This document shows positions 46,365-55,563 of a stretch of 64,000 bases of DNA, piece by piece. This DNA is from Candidatus Moraniibacteriota bacterium (GTDB taxonomy: Bacteria > Patescibacteriota > Minisyncoccia > Moranbacterales > UBA1568), in the NCBI GenBank assembly GCA_023261645.1, contig JAHFOO010000001.1, forward strand, positions 3,871 through 67,870, given 5' to 3'. The notes under the pieces were generated by a model that worked only from the letters and a program-made list of their open reading frames with translations, was not told the origin of the DNA and made no database searches. Position 1 is the stretch's first letter; the number at the start of each line of letters is the position of its first letter. The position numbers and the translations under genes are program-made.

Positions 46365-46700
46365 ATGGCTTCAATGCGTATCATAAAAGTGAACAATCTC
46401 ATTAAGCAACTTCTTGCCGAGATTATGGAGCGCGAACTTTCCTTGAAAATAGGCGTGTTCATAACTATCGCGAAGGTTGACACGTCTCCAGATCTCCGCT
46501 ATACTCGGATGTTTGTGAGTGTCTTTCCTGAACAGGAATCTCATTATGTCTCAGAAACGCTTAAAAAGGAGTTGCCGAAGATTCAAAAACATCTTTACCG
46601 GAAGCTCCATATGAAACCTCTCCCGAAAATCTCCTTTGAAATAGATACGACCGCACAAGAAGCTGATAAAGTAGAGAAGATTCTGAAAGAAATATTTTAG
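46365..46700 (+). CDS. rbfA: Ribosome-binding factor A
   Basis: MASMRIIKVNNLIKQLLAEIMERELSLKIGVFITIAKVDTSPDLRYTRMFVSV matches RbfA. About 111 aa. Confidence 0.8.
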   Translation: MASMRIIKVNNLIKQLLAEIMERELSLKIGVFITIAKVDTSPDLRYTRMFVSVFPEQESHYVSETLKKELPKIQKHLYRKLHMKPLPKISFEIDTTAQEADKVEKILKEIF

Positions 46701-46737
46701 GCTTAATAAAGTCATTTTTTGGAGTTATACACCTGTT

Positions 46738-47697
46738 ATGCAAAATTTTGACTCCGAATTCCATACTTTGAAATATATCATAGCGAAAGCAAATCGCATC
46801 TTGCTTTTTGCTCACAACCGACCAGATCCCGATACTGTCGGTGCCAATCTCGCTCTGTCAGAATACATCAAAAACTGTGGAAAACATGTGGATATTGCCT
46901 GTTTCGATGCTTTTCCTGATAATCTGAAGCATTTATTCGAGGGCACCTTCTTTCATCCGGAACAACTTGATCTTACGAGCTACGACGCTATCATCGCATC
47001 TGACAGTGTCGATCGCGGTTTTGATAAAGTCATAGGAACCCTTTCTGAAAAACAAGTTGTTGTCCTTATTGATCATCATCCAGATATACATATTACCGGT
47101 GATGTGAATATGGTGGATGCAGAATATTCTTCATCGTCTGAACTGCTCTATCTTTTCTTCTCGACAACAGAAATAAAAATCACCAAAGTGATGGCGACAA
47201 TGCTCCTTACAGGAATACTTTTTGATACCGGAGGACTACAACATTCCAACGTTTCTCCACGCGTTATGGAAATAGCATCGGATCTCGTGAAGAAAGGGGC
47301 TCCACTGGAAAAAATAACACAGATGATTTTCACAAAGAAAAATATCGGCGCGCTGAAGCTGTGGGGGAGAGCCTTCGAAAAAGCACACTTCAATAGAAAA
47401 AATGGGATGCTCGTCACGGCTATTACGAAAAAGGATGTGGAAGATTGCCAAGCCTCTCCGGAAGATATCTATCAGGTTTCTTCCATACTGAGCTCTGTTC
47501 CGGATACCAAGTTTGCTCTCGTCCTTTCGGAAAGAGATGATAATACGGTGAGAGCCAGTTTGCGATCATCAGATCAGGAAGGTGTTGATGTTTCGGCCAT
47601 AGCTCATCAGTTTGGTGGTGGGGGACACAAGCTTGCCAGCGGTTTCGAAATACAAGGGAAACTGTTGGAGACAGAAGAAGGCTGGACAATACAATAA
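46738..47697 (+). CDS. nrnA: Bifunctional oligoribonuclease/pAp phosphatase NrnA (DHH/DHHA1)
   Basis: Canonical motifs HNRPDPDTVGANLAL, IDHHP and GGGH (DHHA1). The rbfA-nrnA adjacency is conserved. Confidence 0.8.
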   Translation: MQNFDSEFHTLKYIIAKANRILLFAHNRPDPDTVGANLALSEYIKNCGKHVDIACFDAFPDNLKHLFEGTFFHPEQLDLTSYDAIIASDSVDRGFDKVIGTLSEKQVVVLIDHHPDIHITGDVNMVDAEYSSSSELLYLFFSTTEIKITKVMATMLLTGILFDTGGLQHSNVSPRVMEIASDLVKKGAPLEKITQMIFTKKNIGALKLWGRAFEKAHFNRKNGMLVTAITKKDVEDCQASPEDIYQVSSILSSVPDTKFALVLSERDDNTVRASLRSSDQEGVDVSAIAHQFGGGGHKLASGFEIQGKLLETEEGWTIQ

Positions 47698-47898
47698 GTA
47701 ACTGTCTCAAATCTCACCGCTTTACTCAAAAGAAAAAAGAGAAGCTTGTCTTATAAAATGTCCATATTTCGGCTGAAAACCTCTCAAAGCTCATTGGATT
47801 ATCACGATAGTCCGCTTCACTTTTCAAAATTTTCATCTCGAAATCTGAACATTTTCTCAAGACATGAGATTGTAGACCGTTACTAAGAAAACCTTTCT

Positions 47899-48516
47899 AT
47901 GGAAAAGAAAAAAAATACAGTGAAAGAAAAAAAATTGGAGGCAATCAATGCTTACTGGGAAAAACACTGTACTTGCGGTTTACGAGAAGGAGCAATACAG
48001 GCTGTTCCAGGCAACGGTGATGCAGACGCACAGATCCTTTTCATCGGTGAGGCCCCTGGAAAAAAAGAAGACTTCGAAGGCATACCGTTCATCGGTTCGG
48101 CAGGAAAATTTCTCAGTGAAATGTTGGCATCTATCCATCTCAAACGTGAAGATATTTTCATTACCAATGTCGTCAAATATCGTCCACCGGAAAATCGCGA
48201 TCCATCACCGGAAGAGAAAGAAGCGTGCAGGCAATGGCTCGTGGATCAAGTGAAGAGTATCGACCCGGTTCTTATTGTCACGCTTGGACGACACGCGATG
48301 GAAAATTTTATTCCGGATAGAAAAATTTCTGAAATACACGGGAAAACTTTTTGTATGACATTTCCGGATCTTGGCATGCGAAATTTTTTCTGCCTCTATC
48401 ATCCTGCTGCCGCACTCTATAATGGGGGACTGCGAGAAGCACTGAAAAAAGATTTCAAAAAAATTCCACGTCTCCTGAGGAAAATTCAGAAAGAAAAAAA
48501 TTCAGTTACAAACTGA
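47899..48516 (+). CDS. Uracil-DNA glycosylase, family 4
   Basis: GEAPGKKEDFEGIPFIGSAGKFL and HPAAALY. Cys residues suggest a 4Fe-4S cluster. Confidence 0.8.
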   Translation: MEKKKNTVKEKKLEAINAYWEKHCTCGLREGAIQAVPGNGDADAQILFIGEAPGKKEDFEGIPFIGSAGKFLSEMLASIHLKREDIFITNVVKYRPPENRDPSPEEKEACRQWLVDQVKSIDPVLIVTLGRHAMENFIPDRKISEIHGKTFCMTFPDLGMRNFFCLYHPAAALYNGGLREALKKDFKKIPRLLRKIQKEKNSVTN

Positions 48517-48529
48517 ATTTTCTACATAG

Positions 48530-48612
48530 TGCCGCGGGCGAGACTCGAACTCGCATGATCTTACGATCCGAGGATTTTAAGTCCTCTACGTATACCATTC
48601 CGCCACCGCGGC
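48530..48612 (-). tRNA. tRNA-Leu (anticodon TAA)
   Basis: Reverse-complement cloverleaf with anticodon loop CTTAAAA and the long variable arm typical of class II tRNAs. Confidence 0.8.
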
Positions 48613-48638
48613 ATCGTTTTATTTACTTTTTTCATATG

Positions 48639-48709
48639 AGGTCCGAAGCGGAATTGAACCGCTGTAAAAGGTTTTGCAGACCTTTGCCTAACCACTCGGC
48701 CATCGGACC
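48639..48709 (-). tRNA. tRNA-Cys (anticodon GCA)
   Basis: Reverse-complement acceptor GGTCCGA/TCGGACC, anticodon loop CTGCAAA and discriminator U73. Confidence 0.8.
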
Positions 48710-48790
48710 ATTCTCTTTTCTGTGGATTTGCAGAACAGAGTAACGTCAGTCTATCGAAGTTCTGAGATAGCGTCAACAAAGCATACAAAA

Positions 48791-48828
48791 ACACCCTCAG
48801 ATGAACCAAGGGTGTTTTTTTGGTTGTT
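48791..48828. terminator. Bidirectional terminator hairpin
   Basis: AACACCCT...AGGGTGTT stem with an A-run and a T-run on either side. Confidence 0.4.
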
Positions 48829-48830
48829 TT

Positions 48831-49388
48831 TTACTCTATAACTTCGGCTACCAAATTCTGGCGACCAAAGGCGAATGCTTCACCCTTTGTTTCCATATAG
48901 ATATCGAAGTGGTTGCCTTTGATGGCACCGCCACGATCCTCACAGCGGAGAACACCGACACCTTCGATGGAAATTTTTGTTCCAAACGGATACGATGGAG
49001 GACAGGCCAAAGTGCGTTTTTCGGCAACCTTGAGTCCTGAAGAGGTGATTCCATCGGATTTACCACATTCATCGGCCGCAGCCGTATAGGCAGAAGCATT
49101 GATGGTAAACTTCTCTTTGGGAAGAGCAGACCACAAATGAGCCTGTTTCTCTTTCCAACGATTAAGTGTCTTTTCTTCAAAGGTTTGTGGTTCTGTACTT
49201 GCTGTCATAACCGCAGATTCTCCCTTTTCGATTTCAAATGTCCATTTCAGAAGAAATGGATCGCTTTTGAAACTATAGAGATTTGTCAGCGGGAGCTTAT
49301 TTTGCTCCGCTTTGGCTTGTACGGTGTTTATATTGAAAAGCGTTATCGAGAGTGCTACTACGAAAAGAAAATCCTTTCGAAATGTCAT
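48831..49388 (-). CDS. Secreted 3D-domain (MltA-like) cell-wall-binding protein
   Basis: Signal peptide, then C-terminal CEDRGGAIKGNHFDIY, the 3D-domain signature. Confidence 0.6.
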   Translation of the reverse strand: MTFRKDFLFVVALSITLFNINTVQAKAEQNKLPLTNLYSFKSDPFLLKWTFEIEKGESAVMTASTEPQTFEEKTLNRWKEKQAHLWSALPKEKFTINASAYTAAADECGKSDGITSSGLKVAEKRTLACPPSYPFGTKISIEGVGVLRCEDRGGAIKGNHFDIYMETKGEAFAFGRQNLVAEVIE

Positions 49389-49604
49389 AGATTGTCTTTA
49401 GGAGTAAGCCGATACCCCTCGCAAGAGGAACGGGTCGACTCTTGAGTCAACAAACGATAATAGCACATATCTCAACCATTGTCAATCATACAATGTTGAT
49501 GATTGGCTTACATAAAGCATAATTTTATATTAATTTCATTATTATACTTCATTTAAGCCAAAACAAAAAATAGGCCATTTTTGGCCTATAAAAGAGGACT
49601 ATTT

Positions 49605-50063
49605 TTAGAGAGTAGAATTGATCTTATTTCTATTTTCTTGTATGAGCTGAAGTGACAGGATGAAGATAGAAATGATAATAACAGTGCAAAGAAGGCAAAG
49701 AATGCAGTAAGCATGGATGAATCGAATCTCTCTATAGATGATAAAGCCATTGAAACACACCCCGAGTCCGGACAAAATGGCAATGATTCTCGCGGGATGG
49801 AAAGAAGCCCTTTTGTATCCGTACCAGGCCAGCCCCAAGAGGACAGGGTATATAAGAAGAGCTATCCAGGGAAATGGAATGCCAAAGACGAGTGACAGTG
49901 GGTTCCGTAGAACATCCGTGCAGGAACTCCATCTCGAAAAATCGCATATCGTTGTCAATTTGTCAGAATCGACAAAATGATAAATATATGACTTGTAACT
50001 GAGGTAGGCCGCATTCACTATAGCAAGTGAAGCGAGGATGATGATGATGGAATATTTTTTCAT
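49605..50063 (-). CDS. Vitamin K epoxide reductase (VKOR) family protein
   Basis: Four TM helices, a loop Cys pair (CDFSRWSSC) and the CxxC active site CILC. Confidence 0.65.
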   Translation of the reverse strand: MKKYSIIIILASLAIVNAAYLSYKSYIYHFVDSDKLTTICDFSRWSSCTDVLRNPLSLVFGIPFPWIALLIYPVLLGLAWYGYKRASFHPARIIAILSGLGVCFNGFIIYREIRFIHAYCILCLLCTVIIISIFILSLQLIQENRNKINSTL

Positions 50064-50294
50064 AGAATAGAGATGTTTTTATACTTACGCTTTTTATCAT
50101 ACCTCATTTATTCTTTCCCGGATAGGGGAAGATTTTGAAAAGAATTTGTTGGATTGATTTAAAGTGAACCACTCTGCTTTTGAGGACGAACCTTGCTTGG
50201 TCCTTTTTCTTTTGTCTCTTTGAGAAGAGCGGATGCTTTGTTCTTGGTGTTTATGTTATGATATAGAAGTAAATATATTTTTTTAAGAAATGCT

Positions 50295-50744
50295 ATGATG
50301 AAACACTCTATCACTCCGCTCGCGGAATTGAGAAAAAATATCAAACCGATTCGAAATATCAACATTGAACATCTCAAGAGATTGAGTGCTCTCGACAGAC
50401 TCGCCTATTTTATCACACAGTACGTTGGGACAATGGGATTTTTCTTGATAATTTTTCTCTGGACGATTCTCTGGTTAGGTTGGAACATCTTTATGCCGGC
50501 AGAATCGCGCTTTGATCCCTATCCAGCTTTTGTCTTGTGGCTTTTCATTTCCAATATGATTCAGATTTTTCTTATGCCACTTCTTCTCGTCGGACAGAAC
50601 CTGCAAGGCAGATATTCTGAAGCGCGTGCTGAAGCTGATTTCGAGGTCAACACTCAGGCAGAAAAAGAAATCGGTGCCATTCTGATCCATCTGGAAAACC
50701 AAAACGAACTTATTTTGGAAATACTGCAACACGTGAAGAAATAA
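50295..50744 (+). CDS. DUF1003-family membrane protein
   Basis: RFDPYPAFVLWLFISNMIQIFLMPLLLVGQNLQGRYSEARAEADFEVN matches the DUF1003 core. Confidence 0.6.
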   Translation: MMKHSITPLAELRKNIKPIRNINIEHLKRLSALDRLAYFITQYVGTMGFFLIIFLWTILWLGWNIFMPAESRFDPYPAFVLWLFISNMIQIFLMPLLLVGQNLQGRYSEARAEADFEVNTQAEKEIGAILIHLENQNELILEILQHVKK

Positions 50745-50785
50745 TTTTTTGAATGGAAGCGTTTTAAAAATGCCACTCCAAAAAA

Positions 50786-52012
50786 TTATAGGTAGAAATT
50801 CTTGGATATATTTTGATAGGTTGTAATCAGGGTATTGCTCGCCGATATCATCTTATTATATTCTTTTATCGTCTTTTGAACCTTTGAGAGGGCCGTATTG
50901 AACTCTGGGACAAGATTGTTATACTTCTCATATTCCCCATCTTGTTTGTAATTATTCAAACGCTTATCCATTTTTGCCAGATCGACTTCTTGATTATCAA
51001 TATCTGTTTTTTGAACCTTGAGGTTTCGCTTGTACACAGCGATAGAATTTTTTAAACGCTCCAGTTCTTTCTGCGTGTTGATGGTATTGATGATTCCTGT
51101 ATATTCTTTACCATCAACTTTGTTTAATATTTCAACATTGCCAAGTGGTTGATATGCTGCATCTTCTGCTCCGTTACTTTCGATTGTATTTATTTGTACA
51201 TTGGAAGTGGCGACGCGACTCTTGGGTATAAGTTCGGGAATCATACCGATTTTATTTCCAAGACTGGTTGTTTCGACAAAACAATAGCCCGAATTATAGT
51301 TTGAAAATTCAAGTGGACACTTCACACCAACGGCCATATGATTATCTTCTGGATTTGGAAAAAGAAAAATCGATGTTCCATAGCCGAGCTCTTTCAGTAA
51401 CGCATAGGCCAGATAGCTTTTATCCTGACAGACCCCCGTGTTGTCATAGAGAACTTCATAGGGATAGGTTATCTTTTCTGTGATGCTTTCCATCCCGCTT
51501 GTTCTTCTGTCGAGCTTGTTTTGATCATAGGGAATCGTCTGTACAAAAGTTGAGATGAATTCTACTATTTGATTTTCATTCAATTTTTTTTCTTCCCCAA
51601 GTGTGCGTATTTTTTGAGCGAGATCTTTTATCGTTGTGTCTCCATTGAGAGGAGTAACAAACATCTCATTTTGGTTCTCGTACCATTCTTTATTCATTCC
51701 CGTACCCGTAGAGAGAGCTGTTGGGAGCGCATTATAGGATTGATAGTAGGATTCATATAACTTTTCATCCATCGTATAATTCTTCCCGTCATACTTCCAG
51801 TTGAACGGCACGATCTTTTCTCCGAGAGGGGCAGGCAGGGTTTGTGTTTGAGAAGAAGTACCAGACTGATTATTTTGTTTTTCTAGAGAGGACTTAATAT
51901 TTTTTAAAAAGGGCGACAAAAAAGCGAGTGTCACAAACGCACTCACAACAAAGAAGAAAATTATTATCAGACCACCCAGTAAACGGAGCCATCTTTTTCT
52001 ATTCATTTGCAT
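50786..52012 (-). CDS. Membrane-anchored transglutaminase-like (Cys-protease fold) protein
   Basis: N-terminal TM helix. Core GVCQDKSYLAYALLKELGYGTSIF...NHMAVGV has the Cys/His arrangement of transglutaminase-like domains. C-terminal coiled coil. Confidence 0.5.
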   Translation of the reverse strand: MQMNRKRWLRLLGGLIIIFFFVVSAFVTLAFLSPFLKNIKSSLEKQNNQSGTSSQTQTLPAPLGEKIVPFNWKYDGKNYTMDEKLYESYYQSYNALPTALSTGTGMNKEWYENQNEMFVTPLNGDTTIKDLAQKIRTLGEEKKLNENQIVEFISTFVQTIPYDQNKLDRRTSGMESITEKITYPYEVLYDNTGVCQDKSYLAYALLKELGYGTSIFLFPNPEDNHMAVGVKCPLEFSNYNSGYCFVETTSLGNKIGMIPELIPKSRVATSNVQINTIESNGAEDAAYQPLGNVEILNKVDGKEYTGIINTINTQKELERLKNSIAVYKRNLKVQKTDIDNQEVDLAKMDKRLNNYKQDGEYEKYNNLVPEFNTALSKVQKTIKEYNKMISASNTLITTYQNISKNFYL

Positions 52013-52177
52013 AGCTCCTCTGTTCTTAGCGACTTATTACTCCAGAGTAATCATACCATGCCGAGGCTGAACCAAGTCTCTTCATACTGTTCAGTCCCGA
52101 CAGCTGATCCGTCTTGCTTCCCATAAAGGTCGAATTGGTGTATGATACTTTTTCGCCCTTAAAGCAGTTTCTCTCTT

Positions 52178-52813
52178 ATGTGGCAGAAAAGGTTTCTAAA
52201 ATTTTCGAGTATTATCCTGGTGATTATCGGGTTATTGTTGCTTTTTGGAAAAAAATCTTGGTTTCCAAATTTCTATAATCCTCTTTTTCTGGGCGTTATT
52301 GCCGTTATCTCTCCGCTTCTCATCTATCTTCCGAAATTTTTCCTCACGAAAAGCAGTCCAAAGAAAAGGAAGCTGATTCTAGAAATGCGTTCGGTCATAA
52401 CATTCTCACTTCTCGTCAACTTCGCAGGAGAACTTGGCCTGTTCCAACTCTACAAATATGGGTTCGAATATGATAAATTTGCCCACTTTATCGTTTCTAT
52501 GCTTTTTGCTTTCATTCTCGGAGAGGCTCTCAGTGAATGGGAGCAGCTTTCCCCTGGAAGAATACTCTGGCTCATCTTTCTTGTCGTTTTCAGCTCGGGC
52601 ATACTCTGGGAAATATTCGAAGCCACTTCAGATCTTCTTTTCAAAACACAAGAGTGGGGGGTATATGGCAAACACCTCGCCGGAGACACCTATAAGGATA
52701 TCGCTTTCAATACGCTCGGTGCCATCGCTGGTATCGTTGTCTTTATGATTCCTAAAGGACAGAGGGAAAAAATATCAAATAAAAAATCACCCCTGAAGAA
52801 GAGTGATTTTTAG
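52178..52813 (+). CDS. VanZ-like family membrane protein
   Basis: YDKFAHFIVSMLFAFILGEAL (DKxxH) and later EIFEATSD...DIAFNTLGAIAG resemble the VanZ family. Confidence 0.4.
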   Translation: MWQKRFLKFSSIILVIIGLLLLFGKKSWFPNFYNPLFLGVIAVISPLLIYLPKFFLTKSSPKKRKLILEMRSVITFSLLVNFAGELGLFQLYKYGFEYDKFAHFIVSMLFAFILGEALSEWEQLSPGRILWLIFLVVFSSGILWEIFEATSDLLFKTQEWGVYGKHLAGDTYKDIAFNTLGAIAGIVVFMIPKGQREKISNKKSPLKKSDF

Positions 52814-52819
52814 CTTATG

Positions 52820-52837
52820 GAGCGGGTAAGGGGAGTC
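52820..52837. repeat. Duplicated 18-nt copy of the tRNA-Gly 3' end (GAGCGGGTAAGGGGAGTC)
   Basis: Identical to 52977-52994, the 3' acceptor and T-arm of tRNA-Gly. Lies 139 bp downstream of the intact gene in tRNA orientation. Confidence 0.5.
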
Positions 52838-52977
52838 CTTTTTGCTCCGACAAAAATCCGGGGCGCTACACACAGAAAGCTACGCTCGCTCGCTTCCTAC
52901 TCACGCCCTTCTCCTCCCATTACCACTAAAAAAGTAAAAAGGAACAACATAAAGTCATTCCTTTTTACTTTGCTAGA

Positions 52978-53048
52978 GCGGGTAAGGGGAGTCGAACCCC
53001 TATCTAATCCTTGGCAAGGACTCATAATAGCCGCTATACGATACCCGC
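52978..53048 (-). tRNA. tRNA-Gly (anticodon GCC)
   Basis: Reverse-complement acceptor GCGGGTA/TACCCGC, anticodon stem AGTCC/GGATT and loop TTGCCAA. Confidence 0.85.
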
Positions 53049-53069
53049 GAATATTCAATTCGTCTTCTG

Positions 53070-53141
53070 TGGGACTGGATGGGATCGAACCATCGACCAA
53101 GCGGTTATGAGCCGCGCGCTCTACCACTGAGCTACAGTCCC
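53070..53141 (-). tRNA. tRNA-Met, elongator type (anticodon CAT; could instead be tRNA-Ile2/lysidine)
   Basis: Acceptor GGGACTG/CAGTCCC has a G1:C72 pair, so it is not an initiator. Anticodon loop CTCATAA. tilS is present in this window. Confidence 0.75.
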
Positions 53142-53244
53142 AAGCTCTTATATAAGCCTTTTCATCTTCTTATCCACCACCTATACAGTCATTTTTAAAA
53201 GATTTTTGAAAAGAGCTCAAACTCTTCTGTTGACAGACACTTTG

Positions 53245-53316
<72 letters not shown>

Positions 53317-53382
53317 AGATCCATACACTTTTTACTGTATTTCTTGTGGATAACTGACTTATACGCTCAAATAGGCTGTATG

Positions 53383-53456
53383 TGCACGCTCAAGGATTCG
53401 AACCTTGGACCCCCTCGGTGTAAACGAGGTGCTCTAACCAACTGAGCTAAGCGTGC
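53383..53456 (-). tRNA. tRNA-Val (anticodon TAC)
   Basis: Acceptor GCACGCT/AGCGTGC, anticodon stem CCTCG/CGAGG and loop TTTACAC. Confidence 0.85.
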
Positions 53457-53498
53457 TTCTCGCTCATTTCATTCACTCTGTGCCCAAGAGAGGACTCG
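53455..53498. repeat. 44-bp perfect direct repeat (copy 1) duplicating the tRNA-Leu(GAG) 3' end plus flank; copy 2 at 53621-53664
   Basis: GCTTCTCGCTCATTTCATTCACTCTGTGCCCAAGAGAGGACTCG occurs twice. The last 18 nt equal the 3' end of tRNA-Leu(GAG). Confidence 0.6.
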
Positions 53499-53646
53499 GT
53501 CACGAATATTTTTTCTGTAGAAAAAATTTCCCGACCCTGCCTCGTGGTTTTTTCTTCTGAAAAAACAACTCTCCGGCTTTCTCGACCTCACGTAAGTGAA
53601 GCAGTTCACTTACTTCTTGAGCTTCTCGCTCATTTCATTCACTCTG

Positions 53647-53730
53647 TGCCCAAGAGAGGACTCGAACCTCCAATCCCTTGCGAGAACTAGCACCTCAAGC
53701 TAGCGCGTATACCAATTCCGCCACCTGGGC
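53647..53730 (-). tRNA. tRNA-Leu (anticodon GAG)
   Basis: Acceptor GCCCAGG/CTTGGGC, anticodon stem CTAGC/GCTAG, loop TTGAGGT and a long variable arm. Confidence 0.85.
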
Positions 53731-53773
53731 AAAAAACTTCGGTTCTTTTTATATGAACCAAAGTCTGAGGACA

Positions 53774-54196
53774 TTACTTCGCTTCTTCAACAATCGGAGA
53801 AGCAACTTTTTTCTCCACCTTCTTTGGGAGACCACCTTTGACAGTTATTTCTTTGAGTTTCTTGCTTAAGACCTTCACGGATTTTTCACGTACGAAGTAG
53901 AGTTTCGCGCGACGTGCGTGCGTGCGTTTGATGAATTCAATCTTATCGATTTGTGGCGAAGACAAAGGAAAAACTATCTCAACACCGACACCGAAAGAGA
54001 CTTTGCGTACGGTTATTGTCTTGGAAGAGCTTTGACCGCCTTTTATGGCGATAACTGTTCCCTGGAAAGATTGGAGGCGTTCCTTGCTTCCTTCTTTGAT
54101 CTTACGAAAAATCTTCACAACATCTCCGGATTGGAATTCTGGTGTATCGAGAGGTTTTCTTTGCTTCAAGTTGAAAGATATGAGCTTTTGTTGCAT
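53774..54196 (-). CDS. rplS: 50S ribosomal protein L19
   Basis: NLKQRKPLDTPEFQSGDVVKIFRKIKEGSKERLQSFQGTVIAIKGG is canonical L19. Has a Lys-rich C-terminal tail. Confidence 0.85.
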   Translation of the reverse strand: MQQKLISFNLKQRKPLDTPEFQSGDVVKIFRKIKEGSKERLQSFQGTVIAIKGGQSSSKTITVRKVSFGVGVEIVFPLSSPQIDKIEFIKRTHARRAKLYFVREKSVKVLSKKLKEITVKGGLPKKVEKKVASPIVEEAK

Positions 54197-54278
54197 ACAC
54201 TTGGGATAAATAGGAGGCCTCAGCTAGGGAGGACTACCGACGGATAAAGGATTAAAAAAGAAAAAACCCTGACCTTTG

Positions 54279-55421
54279 TCATTCTTCTAAAAGGCTTTTC
54301 AAGGCTTCATCATCATAAACTGTCTTTGATGTTTCGTCAACCCCGTCAGATATTGCTTTCGTCTTACCTTTTATGGCGGATGAAAGCCCTTTGATGCCTG
54401 CACCCTCTGATTGGAAAAATGTAGAATCTTTACCCTGATGTCTGACAGGATCAATGCTTCGAAGTACAGACCGGAAGTCTGGAGGCAGAGGGGCTTCAAA
54501 GGCATACTTTTTTGAAAAAAGATCGAATTTCAAACGGAAGGCATGAAGCAATTGACGTTGTGAAAAAAACGTATCTCCACGGCGCAGAGATTTGGATGCG
54601 TAGAGTTTGTCACCTACGATAGGGTTGCCGAGAGAAGCGAGATGTACCCTGATCTGATGCGTACGGCCTGTTTTCGGTGTAACTGACAAAAGGTCAAACT
54701 CTGCGTAACGAGCGATGACATGATAGAGAGTGAGGGCTTGTCGCGCGCCTTCAGGGACATACTGTGTTTCTACTGCAAAGCGCTTCAATTCTCCGGAATG
54801 ACGTATCAGAGGTTTGTTTATCTCACCTTCGAGCGCTTCCATATGCCCATACACCAAAGCGATGTATGTTTTCTCCATCATGCGTTTTTGAAAAAGTTCT
54901 TTGAGGGCTTTGAACGACGCTTCTGTCTTGGCAATGACGAGGACTCCCGATGTCTCACGATCCAATCGATGGACAATGCCCGGTCGCAGAGAATCTTCTC
55001 CGATATGGCGCAGTTCCGGATATTTCGTAATGATCCAGTGGGCAACAGTTTTCATATCGATATCCCCGGCAGGGTGGACTTGGATACCATCCGGCTTATT
55101 GATAACGATGATGGACTCATCTTCATAGAGTACCGGGATGTCGATATCTTTCCGTGGTTCGAGTATGGGAGCAGGAGCGAAGAGATCTTTTGTGGAAACT
55201 TCCGCTGTATCGTGCAACTTCACCAGATAACTCGGTGTCGTCTCCCTGGTGTTCAAAGAAATCTTCCGTTCGTTGATCAGACGCGTGACGCTTCCGCGCG
55301 AAAGACCGCATGCGGGTAATTTTTTTTGTAACAGATCAAAAACAGCCACATCGAGCCGTTTATCGACAAGACGTCGTGGGATTTCAAGTACGATCTTTTC
55401 GTTTGATACTTGTGTGTCCAT
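54279..55421 (-). CDS. rluD: RluA-family 23S rRNA pseudouridine synthase (RluD-like) with C-terminal extension
   Basis: S4-like N-terminus, catalytic HRLDRETSGVLVIAKT and TGRTHQIRVHLASLG. Confidence 0.8.
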   Translation of the reverse strand: MDTQVSNEKIVLEIPRRLVDKRLDVAVFDLLQKKLPACGLSRGSVTRLINERKISLNTRETTPSYLVKLHDTAEVSTKDLFAPAPILEPRKDIDIPVLYEDESIIVINKPDGIQVHPAGDIDMKTVAHWIITKYPELRHIGEDSLRPGIVHRLDRETSGVLVIAKTEASFKALKELFQKRMMEKTYIALVYGHMEALEGEINKPLIRHSGELKRFAVETQYVPEGARQALTLYHVIARYAEFDLLSVTPKTGRTHQIRVHLASLGNPIVGDKLYASKSLRRGDTFFSQRQLLHAFRLKFDLFSKKYAFEAPLPPDFRSVLRSIDPVRHQGKDSTFFQSEGAGIKGLSSAIKGKTKAISDGVDETSKTVYDDEALKSLLEE

Positions 55422-55563
55422 ATATCAAAGAAGATTGTTTATACAAAAAGCAGACTCTTTGGTATACTATAAGGTATTCGGCTCCAGAGCAAGCTTACAC
55501 GCATTGCTATCGGAAATCTTGCAGGCGAGGTTTCCGTGATAAGTAACTATAAAACAGCATCAT

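Noticed and set aside
52817-53127. ORFs 52817..53110(+) and 52897..53127(-) across the tRNA cluster
   Set aside because: They span tRNA-Gly and tRNA-Met genes and the duplicated tRNA fragment. The translations are repeat-derived (MERVRGV...LERVRGV).
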